A stretch of 64,000 nt of DNA, from the sequence record MT446396.1; one strand, given 5' to 3'. This document shows positions 27,210 through 36,307 of this stretch, piece by piece; position 1 is the first letter of the stretch; every line of letters starts with the position of its first letter. The position numbers and the translations under genes were made by a program. Under the pieces are notes generated by a model, which saw nothing but the letters and a program-made list of their open reading frames with translations, was not told where the DNA came from and searched no databases. The stretch is from Escherichia virus TH22.

Positions 27210-29924
27210 ATGCAAGAATTTTATTTAACTATCGAACAAATCGGTGACAACCTACTCGAACGATACATTGACAAGAATGGTCATGAACGTGTTCGTGAAA
27301 TCCCCTATGCCCCGTGCCTGTTTATGCATGCCCGCGAAGACCAAGCTGCAAAATATACAGACATCTATAATAAAGGTTGCGTGAAAAAAGAATTCGATTC
27401 CATGCGTGATGCATCCCAGTGGATGAAGCGAATGAATGACATGGGTCTCGAAGCTATGGGTATGGATGACTTTAAACTCGCATACTTGTCCGACCGTTAC
27501 CCGCACGAAATCAAATACGATTCAAGTAAAATCCGTGTGGCTAACTTCGATATCGAGGTGACATCTCCTGATGGGTTCCCTGAGCCGTCTGAAGCACGTC
27601 ACCCTATTGATGCCCTGACGCACTATGATTCGATAGACGATAAATTCTATGTCTTTGACCTTTTGGGCTCACCATACGCCACTGTGGAGCAATGGTCTAT
27701 CGATATTGCTGCTAAGCTGCAAGAAGATGGCGGTGATGAAGTCCCTGAAGAAATCCTGGAAAAAATTGTTTATATGGCTTTCGATTCAGAAGAAGAAATG
27801 CTCCAACAGTATTTGGTATTCTGGAACGAGAAAACTCCGGTTATGTTAACTGGTTGGAACATCGAGAAGTTTGATATTCCATATATCTACAACCGCCTTA
27901 AAAATGTATTTGGTGAAGCTACGGCAAAACGTTTGAGTCCACATCGTCGTACAAAAGTTAAGGTCATTAACAACGGTTTCGGTGAAGAACAAGAAATCGT
28001 TCAGATTCTGGGTATCTCTGTTCTGGATTATCTGGACCTGTATAAAAAGTTCAGCTTCACAAACCAACCGTCTTATTCGTTGGATTATGTTGCGGAATCT
28101 GAGCTGGGTGTTGGTAAACTCCCGTATGATGGCCCGATTTCTAAACTGCGCGAATCAAATCACCAACGGTATATTTCTTATAACATCATCGATGTTTATC
28201 GTGTTGTACAGATTGACCGTAAGCGTCAGTTTATTAACCTTAGCCAGTCAATGGGTTATTATGCAAAAATGCAGATTCAGTCTGTATTCAGCCCAATCAA
28301 AACTTGGGATGCGATTATCTTTAACAGCCTGAAGACTCAAAATAAAGTCATTCCGGAAACCAAATCACATGTTCGTCAATCGTTCCCAGGTGCATTTGTT
28401 AAGGAACCGATTCCGAACGCATACAAATACGTTATGAGCTGTGACTTAACATCTCTGTATCCGAGCATCATCCGACAGATTAACATTAGTCCAGAAACGA
28501 TTGCCGGGTCATTTACACCAGCGCCAATGTACGAATACATCGCAGGAACTGCTGACCGTCCATCTGATACATTTAGTTGTGCTCCAAACGGTATGATGTA
28601 TTTTAAAGATGTTGCGGGTATTATTCCAACAGAAGTCACCAAGGTGTTTAATCAGCGTAAAGAGCACAAAGGTTATATGCTTGCGGCTCAACGTAATGGT
28701 GAACTGATTAAGGAAGCCCTGCGTAATCCAGGAACTGGTACAACCGAGCCTGAAGTTGATTATCGTTATGACTTTGATGATAATATGAAAACAACCTTGC
28801 ATGGTCTGAATCAAACAGTTCTGAATGGTATGTTGTACAAAGCGCAGATGGAAGAAGTTGCAGGCATGACCGCACAGATTAACCGTAAACTGCTTATCAA
28901 CAGTTGTTATGGCGCTCTGGGTAATATCTGGTTCCGTTACTTTGACCTGCGAAATGCAACCGCGATTACATCTTTCGGACAACTTACATTGCAGTGGATT
29001 GAGCGTAAAGTTAACGAATATTTTGATAGTGTTTGTGGTACAAGTGGTGAAACATATGTATTCTATGGCGATACTGACTCCATTTATATCCAGTGCGATA
29101 ACCTGATTAAAAAGGTTGGTGGCGAATCTAAATTCCGCGATACAAACCACCTGGTTGACTTCATGGACAAGTTTGCGAAAGACCGTCTGGAACCAGCAAT
29201 CGATAAAGCTTTCCGTGAGCTGGCTGAATACATGAACAACAAACAGCACCTTATGTTTATGGACCGTGAAGCGATTGCATGTCCTCCGTTGGGTTCTAAA
29301 GGTGTTGGTGGATTCTGGACGGCGAAGAAGCGTTATGCTCTGAACGTGTACGATATGGAAGGCACCCGATATGCTGTTCCGAAACTGAAAATCATGGGTC
29401 TGGAAACTCAAAAGTCGAGTACGCCAAAAGCATGTCAGAAAGCCCTGAAAGAATGTATCCGTCGCATGCTGCAAGAAGGTGAAGAATCTCTGCAGACATA
29501 CTTCAAGGAATTCAATAAGGAATTTAATGAGCTTAACTACATGACAATCGCAGGTGTATCATCGGTTAACAACATCCAGAAATATAATGAGGGTGGTTTC
29601 CCTGGATTTAAGTGTCCGGCTCATATCAAAGGCGTGCTCGCTTACATGCGTGCAACCAAAGGGTTGAAGACTGTTCCACAAATCATGGAAGGGGAAAAGG
29701 TGTATGTGCTTCCTCTTAAAGTTGGTAACCCGTTTGGCGAAACTGTGATTGCATGGCCATCAGGGATTGAACTCCCGATTGAAATTCGTGACCAGGTTCT
29801 GCAGTGGATGGACTACAACACACTGTTCCAGAAGACTTTTGTCAAACCGTTAACGGGGTTCTCTGAAGCAGCAAAGGTTGATTACGAAAAGAAAGCAACT
29901 CTTTTTGATATGTTTGACTTTTAA
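27210..29924 (+). CDS. 43: DNA polymerase gp43 (family B, 3'-5' exonuclease)
   Basis: 904 aa; exo motif FDIEV; polymerase motifs YPSII, YGDTDS. Confidence 0.95.
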   Translation: MQEFYLTIEQIGDNLLERYIDKNGHERVREIPYAPCLFMHAREDQAAKYTDIYNKGCVKKEFDSMRDASQWMKRMNDMGLEAMGMDDFKLAYLSDRYPHEIKYDSSKIRVANFDIEVTSPDGFPEPSEARHPIDALTHYDSIDDKFYVFDLLGSPYATVEQWSIDIAAKLQEDGGDEVPEEILEKIVYMAFDSEEEMLQQYLVFWNEKTPVMLTGWNIEKFDIPYIYNRLKNVFGEATAKRLSPHRRTKVKVINNGFGEEQEIVQILGISVLDYLDLYKKFSFTNQPSYSLDYVAESELGVGKLPYDGPISKLRESNHQRYISYNIIDVYRVVQIDRKRQFINLSQSMGYYAKMQIQSVFSPIKTWDAIIFNSLKTQNKVIPETKSHVRQSFPGAFVKEPIPNAYKYVMSCDLTSLYPSIIRQINISPETIAGSFTPAPMYEYIAGTADRPSDTFSCAPNGMMYFKDVAGIIPTEVTKVFNQRKEHKGYMLAAQRNGELIKEALRNPGTGTTEPEVDYRYDFDDNMKTTLHGLNQTVLNGMLYKAQMEEVAGMTAQINRKLLINSCYGALGNIWFRYFDLRNATAITSFGQLTLQWIERKVNEYFDSVCGTSGETYVFYGDTDSIYIQCDNLIKKVGGESKFRDTNHLVDFMDKFAKDRLEPAIDKAFRELAEYMNNKQHLMFMDREAIACPPLGSKGVGGFWTAKKRYALNVYDMEGTRYAVPKLKIMGLETQKSSTPKACQKALKECIRRMLQEGEESLQTYFKEFNKEFNELNYMTIAGVSSVNNIQKYNEGGFPGFKCPAHIKGVLAYMRATKGLKTVPQIMEGEKVYVLPLKVGNPFGETVIAWPSGIELPIEIRDQVLQWMDYNTLFQKTFVKPLTGFSEAAKVDYEKKATLFDMFDF

Positions 29925-29925
29925 G

Positions 29926-29996
29926 TGTTTACAACGGCAAAGGATTGCCGTATGATTACTCCATCAACTACTGATGATTAAATTAAGGATATTAAA
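29926..29996 (+). promoter_or_regulatory. early promoter with family-A leader
   Basis: GTTTACA, TATGATTACT, CCATCAACTACTGATGA. Confidence 0.5.
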
Positions 29997-30239
29997 ATGG
30001 AAACATTAATTGCAGGTACTGTTGTTCTTGGTGCTGGTTCTTTCTTCCTGGCTGCACTGGCATATTTTCTGCCGTGGATTATCGCGCTACTGCGAGGAAC
30101 CAAAAGTAATTGCGGAATCTTCTTTGTTAACCTCCTGTTAGGTTGGACAATGGTCGGGTGGTTTATTGCATTTATCTGGGCACTCGTTGCTGAACGTAAA
30201 TCAAACGCACAAGTAATTATCATCAAGGAAACCAAATGA
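29997..30239 (+). CDS. imm: superinfection immunity membrane protein (Imm-like)
   Basis: 80-aa two-helix membrane protein immediately downstream of gene 43, as T4 imm. Confidence 0.45.
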   Translation: METLIAGTVVLGAGSFFLAALAYFLPWIIALLRGTKSNCGIFFVNLLLGWTMVGWFIAFIWALVAERKSNAQVIIIKETK

Positions 30240-30379
30240 AGATGATTACAATTATTGTACTGATTGCATTTTTTGGTATGTCAATCTATTGGGCAATAAT
30301 GACTCCACATATGATTCCAACTTTAATTTTGGGTTGGGTATTTTTGGGGCTCCAAGCCCGCTATGAATGTTTTAATTGA
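30236..30379 (+). CDS. hypothetical small membrane protein
   Basis: 47 aa hydrophobic; ATGA overlap with imm; below track cutoff. Confidence 0.3.
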   Translation: MKMITIIVLIAFFGMSIYWAIMTPHMIPTLILGWVFLGLQARYECFN

Positions 30380-30389
30380 GGAAAATACA

Positions 30390-30893
30390 ATGAAAAAGTT
30401 AGCTATCGCAGCTGTTATACTGTTATCTGGTTGTGCTTACCAGGGTGATGTAGTTAATGCCAGTGAGATTGGTAAAGCGCGAATTGCTGCAGACCGTCAG
30501 GTGCATAATGGTTCCTTTGATTTCAAAGGTGGTACTGGACTTATCTACAAACGCGACAACAATCAATGTGGAAATAACTGCGCGAAATATGCTCAACAAG
30601 AAATTGAGTACAAACGCGAGCAAGCTGCGAAGCATGATGAAGTAATCGCTAAATTAGAAGCAGAAACTAAGCGACAAAATGACTTGGATACTGTTAACCA
30701 GATTTCACAGGTCTGTATGTCATACATCAATATGCAGATAAACATCATGCGCGCGGAAGCTTATCAGGCAGCAGAGGCTGGTTCTCCAAAAGCTAATGAG
30801 TATCGCGATATGTATCAGCGTTCTGCTCAAAACCGTCTGAGCTATATTAATAAATGTGTAGCTAAAGAGAAAGCACGCCAAGGTATTAACTAA
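30390..30893 (+). CDS. putative lipoprotein
   Basis: signal peptide with lipobox LLSGC; coiled-coil-like C-terminus; occupies the interval where T4 has 42/beta-gt. Confidence 0.5.
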   Translation: MKKLAIAAVILLSGCAYQGDVVNASEIGKARIAADRQVHNGSFDFKGGTGLIYKRDNNQCGNNCAKYAQQEIEYKREQAAKHDEVIAKLEAETKRQNDLDTVNQISQVCMSYINMQINIMRAEAYQAAEAGSPKANEYRDMYQRSAQNRLSYINKCVAKEKARQGIN

Positions 30894-30978
30894 CATTAAT
30901 TGCTCTAAAAATACAGTGATATAATTATCCTATCTTAAACCTGTGAGAAAAATATAATGGTGCCTATGGAAAAAATGA

Positions 30979-32157
30979 ATGTCTATTGCAGATTTGAAAT
31001 CCCGTTTGATTAAAGCTTCTACATCCAAAATGACTGCGACTCTTACTAAGTCCAAGTTTTTTAATGATAAAGATGTAGTTCGTACAAAAATCCCGATGCT
31101 GAACATTGCAATCAGCGGTGCACTAGATGGTGGTATGCAGTCAGGTTTGACTATTTTTGCTGGTCCGTCAAAACACTTTAAATCCAATATGGGTTTAACG
31201 ATGGTCTCTGCATATATGAACAAATACCCCGATGCAATCTGTTTGTTCTATGATTCAGAATTTGGTATCACAGAAGCATATCTTCGTGCAATGAAAGTTG
31301 ACCCGGAACGTGTTATTCACACACCAATCCAGTCGGTTGAACAATTGAAAGTTGATATGGTTAACCAGCTTGAAGCAATTGAGCGTGGTGAAAAAGTCAT
31401 TATCTTTATTGACTCAATCGGTAACATGGCGTCTAAAAAAGAAACAGAAGATGCGATGAACGAAAAAGTCGTTGGCGATATGACTCGCGCTAAATCCCTG
31501 AAATCTCTATTCCGTATTGTTACCCCATATTTTAGTATCAAGGATATCCCTTGTGTCGCGGTTAACCATACAATTGAGACGATTGAGATGTACAGCAAAA
31601 CCGTTATGACCGGTGGTACAGGTGTTATGTATTCTGCAGACACCGTATTCATTATCGGTAAACGTCAGATTAAAGAAACTGGTAAAGAACTTGAAGGTTT
31701 CCAATTTGTTCTGAACGCCGAAAAATCTCGTATGGTCAAAGAGAAAAGTAAATTCTTCATTGATGTAAAATTCGATGGGGGTATTGACCCGTATTCTGGC
31801 CTGCTTGATATGGCAATGGAAATTGGATTTGTGGTGAAACCGAAAGTTGGTTGGTATAACCGTGAATATCTTGATGTTGAGACCGGTGAAATGGTCCGCG
31901 AAGAAAAATCATGGCGTGCAAAAGATACTAACTGTACCGAATTCTGGGGTCCATTGTTCAAGCACGAACCTTTCCGTGATGCAATCAAACGACATTACCA
32001 GCTGGGTGCAATCGATAGCAATGCTGTTGTTGACGCCGAAGTTGATGCGCTTATTGCCTCCAAGGTTGAAAAATACTCTGCCCCTGAAGGTAAGGCAAAA
32101 CCATCTGCGGCAGATATCGAAAACGATTTAGATATGATGGAAGACCTTGATGAATGA
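30979..32157 (+). CDS. uvsX: recombinase UvsX (RecA-like)
   Basis: 392 aa; Walker A GPSKHFKS; collinear with T4 UvsX. Confidence 0.95.
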   Translation: MSIADLKSRLIKASTSKMTATLTKSKFFNDKDVVRTKIPMLNIAISGALDGGMQSGLTIFAGPSKHFKSNMGLTMVSAYMNKYPDAICLFYDSEFGITEAYLRAMKVDPERVIHTPIQSVEQLKVDMVNQLEAIERGEKVIIFIDSIGNMASKKETEDAMNEKVVGDMTRAKSLKSLFRIVTPYFSIKDIPCVAVNHTIETIEMYSKTVMTGGTGVMYSADTVFIIGKRQIKETGKELEGFQFVLNAEKSRMVKEKSKFFIDVKFDGGIDPYSGLLDMAMEIGFVVKPKVGWYNREYLDVETGEMVREEKSWRAKDTNCTEFWGPLFKHEPFRDAIKRHYQLGAIDSNAVVDAEVDALIASKVEKYSAPEGKAKPSAADIENDLDMMEDLDE

Positions 32158-32491
32158 TATCGATTTATCTGATTTAGATAATTTCGAGAAAGATGCGGAG
32201 GGAGCTAAGGCTCCTTCTGTGCCTTACTACGAAAAAAGTTTGGAGATTATCCGGCAATCCATGGGAACCGTACGACAGGAAATTCTGTTATCACTCCCTG
32301 ATGGGTCCAATCACATTGTGTACGTAACCGGAATTAAAATTGAACCATCTGGAAAAGTTTCAGTTGATTTCGGCACCCCTTCTGAAGACCGCAAAGCGGA
32401 GCTTGCAGTGCATGTAGAAAAGTGTGTTACAATGCAAATACAAGATGAAATTGATAAGATTAAAATGAAAAAGAGGTGGTGGAAGTGGTAG
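32147..32491 (+). CDS. 40: gp40-like head vertex assembly protein (by synteny)
   Basis: 114-aa ORF between uvsX and 41. Confidence 0.5.
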   Translation: MMNDIDLSDLDNFEKDAEGAKAPSVPYYEKSLEIIRQSMGTVRQEILLSLPDGSNHIVYVTGIKIEPSGKVSVDFGTPSEDRKAELAVHVEKCVTMQIQDEIDKIKMKKRWWKW

Positions 32492-33915
32492 AAACTATTT
32501 TATCCCAGCTACTCTTTAACAAGGAATATTTTGTTAAAGTCTGGCCATATCTGAATAGCACATATTTTGAAAAGGGTCCCGCGAAGACCCTTTTTAATAC
32601 GATTAACGAACACGTAAAAGAATATCAAGCTGTACCAACTAAGACTGCACTTGATATTGCACTTGACAACTCTGACCTTTCTGAAGTCGAATATGAAGGC
32701 ACAAAGAAACTTTTAGGAGTCCTGGCCGATACTCCAGAAGACCAGGAATGGTTGGTTAGAGAAACCGAAAAGTATGTACAGAAGTCTGCGATGTTCAATG
32801 CCACATCCAGGATTATCGAAATCCAGAGTAATGCCGAACTTCCTAAAGATAAACGTGATAAACGAATCCCGGATATCGGTGCTATCCCTGACATCATGCG
32901 TGATGCATTGTCCATCTGTTTTGATTCTGCCCTTGGTCATGACTGGTTAAACGATTACGAGGCTCGATTCCAGACTTATCTGAACAAATCGAAGAAAGTT
33001 CCGTTCCGCATTAACATCCTGAATAAAATTACGAAAGGCGGGGTTGAGTACGGTACAGAGAACGTTTTACTAGCCGGGACGAATGTCGGTAAATCTCTGG
33101 GGCTTTGTTCGTTAGCGGCTGACTATCTTCAGACTGGTCATAACGTTCTTTATATAAGCATGGAAATGGCCGAAGAAGTATGTGCCAAACGTATTGATGC
33201 CAACTTGCTGGATGTATCTCTGGATGATATTGATGAAGGTCATATATCATGGGCGGAATATAAAGCTAAGATGGAAAAATGGCGTGCTTCCGGGACTCTC
33301 GGGACTCTGAAGATAAAACAATATCCAACTGGTGGTGCTCATGCGGATACCTTCCGTGCATTACTGAACGAGTACAAACTGAAGCAAGGGTTTGTACCGG
33401 ATGTGATTATTGTTGACTACCTGGCAATCTGTGCAAGCTCAAGACTGAAAACGTTTACCGAAAACAGTTACGGCCTGATTAAGATGGTTGCAGAAGAACT
33501 TCGTGGTCTGGCAGTTGAGAAAAATGTGGTCTTGTGGACTGCAGCGCAGACAACCAGGGGCGCGAACGTTGCAGCCGAGATTGATATGGCTGACATTGCA
33601 GAATCCTTTGGTATTGCTCACACGGCTGACTTTATGCTGGGTGTTGTTGAGACCGAAGAATTCGCTCAAATGGGGCTGCAGTTAATCAAACAGCTTAAGT
33701 CTCGTTATGGTGATAAGAACTACTATAATAAATTCAAGATGGGTGTTAAGAAAGGTAATCAGCGCTGGTATGAGGTTGATGATGATTCGGCTCCTAAACA
33801 AGGCCCTACGGTTAAAGAAGCCACCGGTGAGATGAATCGCCAGGCCGAAATGAATCGACAAACCAGGGTCAACAGGAGCGACCTGGATGACCTTGCTGCT
33901 CAAATGAAATTTTAA
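32485..33915 (+). CDS. 41: replicative DNA helicase gp41 (DnaB-like)
   Basis: 476 aa from GTG with AAGAGG SD; Walker A GTNVGKS; collinear with T4 gp41. Confidence 0.9.
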   Translation: MVETILSQLLFNKEYFVKVWPYLNSTYFEKGPAKTLFNTINEHVKEYQAVPTKTALDIALDNSDLSEVEYEGTKKLLGVLADTPEDQEWLVRETEKYVQKSAMFNATSRIIEIQSNAELPKDKRDKRIPDIGAIPDIMRDALSICFDSALGHDWLNDYEARFQTYLNKSKKVPFRINILNKITKGGVEYGTENVLLAGTNVGKSLGLCSLAADYLQTGHNVLYISMEMAEEVCAKRIDANLLDVSLDDIDEGHISWAEYKAKMEKWRASGTLGTLKIKQYPTGGAHADTFRALLNEYKLKQGFVPDVIIVDYLAICASSRLKTFTENSYGLIKMVAEELRGLAVEKNVVLWTAAQTTRGANVAAEIDMADIAESFGIAHTADFMLGVVETEEFAQMGLQLIKQLKSRYGDKNYYNKFKMGVKKGNQRWYEVDDDSAPKQGPTVKEATGEMNRQAEMNRQTRVNRSDLDDLAAQMKF

Positions 33916-33925
33916 AATATTTTAA

Positions 33926-33949
33926 AAGGGGCTTACGGCCCCTTTTTCT
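33926..33949 (+). terminator. intrinsic terminator
   Basis: GGGGCTTACGGCCCC hairpin + TTTTT. Confidence 0.65.
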
Positions 33950-33986
33950 TATGTTATAATGACCCTATCAACTACTGGAGAATAAA
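33950..33986 (+). promoter_or_regulatory. early promoter with family-A leader
   Basis: TATAAT 33955-33960 then CTATCAACTACTGGAG. Confidence 0.5.
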
Positions 33987-34304
33987 ATGAAAACTATTGA
34001 TTGCAAGGCGGAATACAAAGTTTATTATCATGGCTCAAGCTCTAATGCTGGAATCCAAAATATGCTTTGCCCTCCTGATGCAACTGGTGTTCTGTCAGAA
34101 GTTGGGCGTAAGAAAAATTTAGGGCGTGTGTTTTTTACTGAAGATATTGGTTTGGCGCGTATCTATGCAGGAAGAGCAGCTCGCTCATATGGAGGAGAAC
34201 CCCGTCTTTATCGTGTGATTGCACCTGTTGACGTGGTTTGTTTAAATGATACTAAAGGCGCAACCGTTTATCACGCCGCCTGGGCCTTCTGTGAGGAAAT
34301 CTAA
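33987..34304 (+). CDS. hypothetical protein with PARP-like HGS / G-x-[VI]-[FY]-F-[AT]-[DE] motifs
   Basis: 105 aa; YYHGSSSNAGI ... GRVFFTEDIGLARIY resembles the NAD-binding signature of H-Y-E class ADP-ribosyltransferases; too short for a full catalytic domain. Confidence 0.4.
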   Translation: MKTIDCKAEYKVYYHGSSSNAGIQNMLCPPDATGVLSEVGRKKNLGRVFFTEDIGLARIYAGRAARSYGGEPRLYRVIAPVDVVCLNDTKGATVYHAAWAFCEEI

Positions 34305-34508
34305 ATGTATAAATTAGAGAACGTAGTGTTTATTGGTTGGTTTGAAAATGGTAATATGTTTACCAAAGAAACCGCGCTGGATGTTAGTGACCAAAATATG
34401 ATTGAATGGGTTACAGTGCAGTATGCAGAAGTGAATAATGCGCTGGTTAAAGCCTTTGTTAATGACAATAAAGTTTTTGAATATGATGCCCGCATTGAGG
34501 AAATTTAA
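34305..34508 (+). CDS. hypothetical small protein (Dmd-like by size/position only)
   Basis: 67 aa in the 41-61 interval where T4 carries dmd. Confidence 0.25.
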   Translation: MYKLENVVFIGWFENGNMFTKETALDVSDQNMIEWVTVQYAEVNNALVKAFVNDNKVFEYDARIEEI

Positions 34509-34748
34509 ATGAATATCACATTAATGAAACCTACCCCTAGTTCTTTTTGGAATAAATCTTTTGGTAAGCATAATATGTTTATCCAACGCACCGTAAGCAG
34601 CTGGGAACTAGTTCTTTCGGAAGACCATGGCGGTTATGAACAAGAATACGTAGAGTTCTTCGAATTTCCTGTGAAACCTACCAAGCGTCAGATTCGTCAG
34701 ACAAAACGCAAATTCCGTAAAATTTATCTGGAAGATGCATTAAAATAG
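34509..34748 (+). CDS. hypothetical protein with basic C-terminal tail (PTKRQIR)
   Basis: 79 aa; tail motif shared with ORF 35901..36122. Confidence 0.3.
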   Translation: MNITLMKPTPSSFWNKSFGKHNMFIQRTVSSWELVLSEDHGGYEQEYVEFFEFPVKPTKRQIRQTKRKFRKIYLEDALK

Positions 34749-34805
34749 TGTACAACAAAGGGATAATGCTGTATATTATCCATATCAACTACTGAGGAGA
34801 TTGAA
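34748..34805 (+). promoter_or_regulatory. early promoter with family-A leader
   Basis: GTGTACA, TATATTAT, CCATATCAACTACTGAGGAG. Confidence 0.5.
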
Positions 34806-35099
34806 ATGAAAAAGTTATTAATCGCGGCAATTCTTACCGTAGCATCATGTGGTACAGCTCCAGTTACTGCTGGACTTGATAAAAACCTTTGTGAGTGGTC
34901 TATGACTGCGGACCAAACTGATGTTGAAACTCAAATTCGCGCTGACATCATGAATATTACTAAACGTGACCGCCCTGATATGGTTAAAGAAGTATCTGAC
35001 CAATTGACTTCTGGTGACGTTATGCAGTATAACTATGTTCTGTATTGCGATGCTTCATTTGACAATAGCAAAATTGTTCAATGGGTTACAGGTGAATAA
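34806..35099 (+). CDS. sp: Spackle-like periplasmic superinfection-exclusion protein
   Basis: 97 aa, signal peptide (LTVASCG); size and position (61.3 slot between 41 and 61) match T4 Sp. Confidence 0.5.
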   Translation: MKKLLIAAILTVASCGTAPVTAGLDKNLCEWSMTADQTDVETQIRADIMNITKRDRPDMVKEVSDQLTSGDVMQYNYVLYCDASFDNSKIVQWVTGE

Positions 35100-35100
35100 A

Positions 35101-35538
35101 ATGATTAACAGAAATTTGGTTATCAAAAAACTTCGTTGTAAAAATCCAAATGCGCAGGCATACAGGGTGTTTTGGAGCGACGAAATTCAATATCTGGGTT
35201 ATTTTCTTGTTGATAGTGATGATAGAATTACGTTTGCTCATAAACTTCTTAACAAAGAATTAAACCATTGGAAAGAACTTATTGCAGTCAAGTCTAAATT
35301 ATTTTCGCGCAATACAATGCACCAATTGGTTTATTTTTTCGCTGATGGTATTCCTGACAAGGTTGAGTTTGAAGGGTTTGAATTTAAAGACATCAACCCT
35401 GACAATGAATTGAATGACAGTATTGTTAATATGGGTATCCCTGGCAAGTACATCAAAAACAGTCTTTTGAAAATTCTGGAAAATCCTGTTTATTCAGTTG
35501 ACGACCAGATTTTTAATGCCTTCATGAAGCGAGATTAG
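35101..35538 (+). CDS. hypothetical protein
   Basis: 145 aa; C-terminus DDQIFNAFMKRD repeated in next ORF. Confidence 0.35.
   Translation: MINRNLVIKKLRCKNPNAQAYRVFWSDEIQYLGYFLVDSDDRITFAHKLLNKELNHWKELIAVKSKLFSRNTMHQLVYFFADGIPDKVEFEGFEFKDINPDNELNDSIVNMGIPGKYIKNSLLKILENPVYSVDDQIFNAFMKRD
35499..35536 (+). repeat. 36-38 bp direct repeat, copy 1
   Basis: GACGACCAGATTTTTAATGCCTTCATGAAGCGAGATTAG; near-identical to 35860..35897. Confidence 0.8.
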
Positions 35539-35539
35539 T

Positions 35540-35899
35540 ATGAGTTATTATAATTTTCTGAATTTTGAACTGGTGAGCAATAATAATGGTAATGCTCACT
35601 ATGAATTTCGTGAGCCCCGTTATAATCAGGCGATTGGTTATATCATCGTTAAAGATGGTGTTATCATAAAGGCTCGTTCGTTTATGACAATGAATGGGCC
35701 TTGTGAAGATAATCGTGGTTATCCATTTGATAAAAAGAACGTACGCGATTGTGCAGTATGGATAACCGGAAACCCTGAAATTGGGGTCATGATATCTACT
35801 GAAGCAAATGACATTCTGGAAGGGGCTTGGGTTAAAGCTCAAGAACCGCCTACTGATATTGATGACCAGATTTTTAATGCCTTCATGAAGCGAGGTTAA
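35540..35899 (+). CDS. hypothetical protein (bracketed by direct repeats)
   Basis: 119-aa ORF ending DDQIFNAFMKRG. Confidence 0.35.
   Translation: MSYYNFLNFELVSNNNGNAHYEFREPRYNQAIGYIIVKDGVIIKARSFMTMNGPCEDNRGYPFDKKNVRDCAVWITGNPEIGVMISTEANDILEGAWVKAQEPPTDIDDQIFNAFMKRG
35860..35897 (+). repeat. 36-38 bp direct repeat, copy 2
   Basis: GATGACCAGATTTTTAATGCCTTCATGAAGCGAGGTTAA. Confidence 0.8.
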
Positions 35900-35900
35900 T

Positions 35901-36122
35901 ATGTTTGTTTTGACCCAATTCTCTAAAGCAATATATAGTTACTCTTGTCAGTGGGAAGTCTTTATTGATACTCCGTCTCCCAAGTATGGAGTTTTTGGAC
36001 GAGTAACTACTCAAGCTTATGTTGCACGACCGACCAAACGTCAGATTCGTAAACTTAAAAAGGCACATCGTCAATTGATTAAAAGAAGGGAACAATATGA
36101 GTGCAATGTGTACGGGCTCTAA
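35901..36122 (+). CDS. hypothetical protein with basic C-terminal tail (PTKRQIR)
   Basis: 73-aa ORF. Confidence 0.3.
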   Translation: MFVLTQFSKAIYSYSCQWEVFIDTPSPKYGVFGRVTTQAYVARPTKRQIRKLKKAHRQLIKRREQYECNVYGL

Positions 36123-36288
36123 GATTTCGGTCTTCCAGATTTTTGAAGAATATGAAATCGTGTCGCAAGACCAAGAAGCAATCCATGTTATCGCTGATGA
36201 TGGTGTTACCTGGATTATTCCGTTGTATCATGAAGACACTTATGAAGTGACTGATGCAAATGGTGATAAAGCTATCTTCGTTGTATAA
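36097..36288 (+). CDS. hypothetical acidic protein
   Basis: 63-aa ORF. Confidence 0.3.
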   Translation: MSAMCTGSKISVFQIFEEYEIVSQDQEAIHVIADDGVTWIIPLYHEDTYEVTDANGDKAIFVV

Positions 36289-36291
36289 ATA
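36284..36291 (+). promoter_or_regulatory. T4-type late promoter core TATAAATA
   Basis: exact TATAAATA 17 nt upstream of a small ORF. Confidence 0.4.
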
Positions 36292-36307
36292 GCGGAAAGG
36301 GGGTGTT

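Noticed and set aside
28509-29474. 321-aa ORF on the - strand inside the DNA polymerase gene
   Set aside because: Lies entirely antisense to the well-supported gp43 coding sequence; no SD or promoter; typical spurious antisense ORF.
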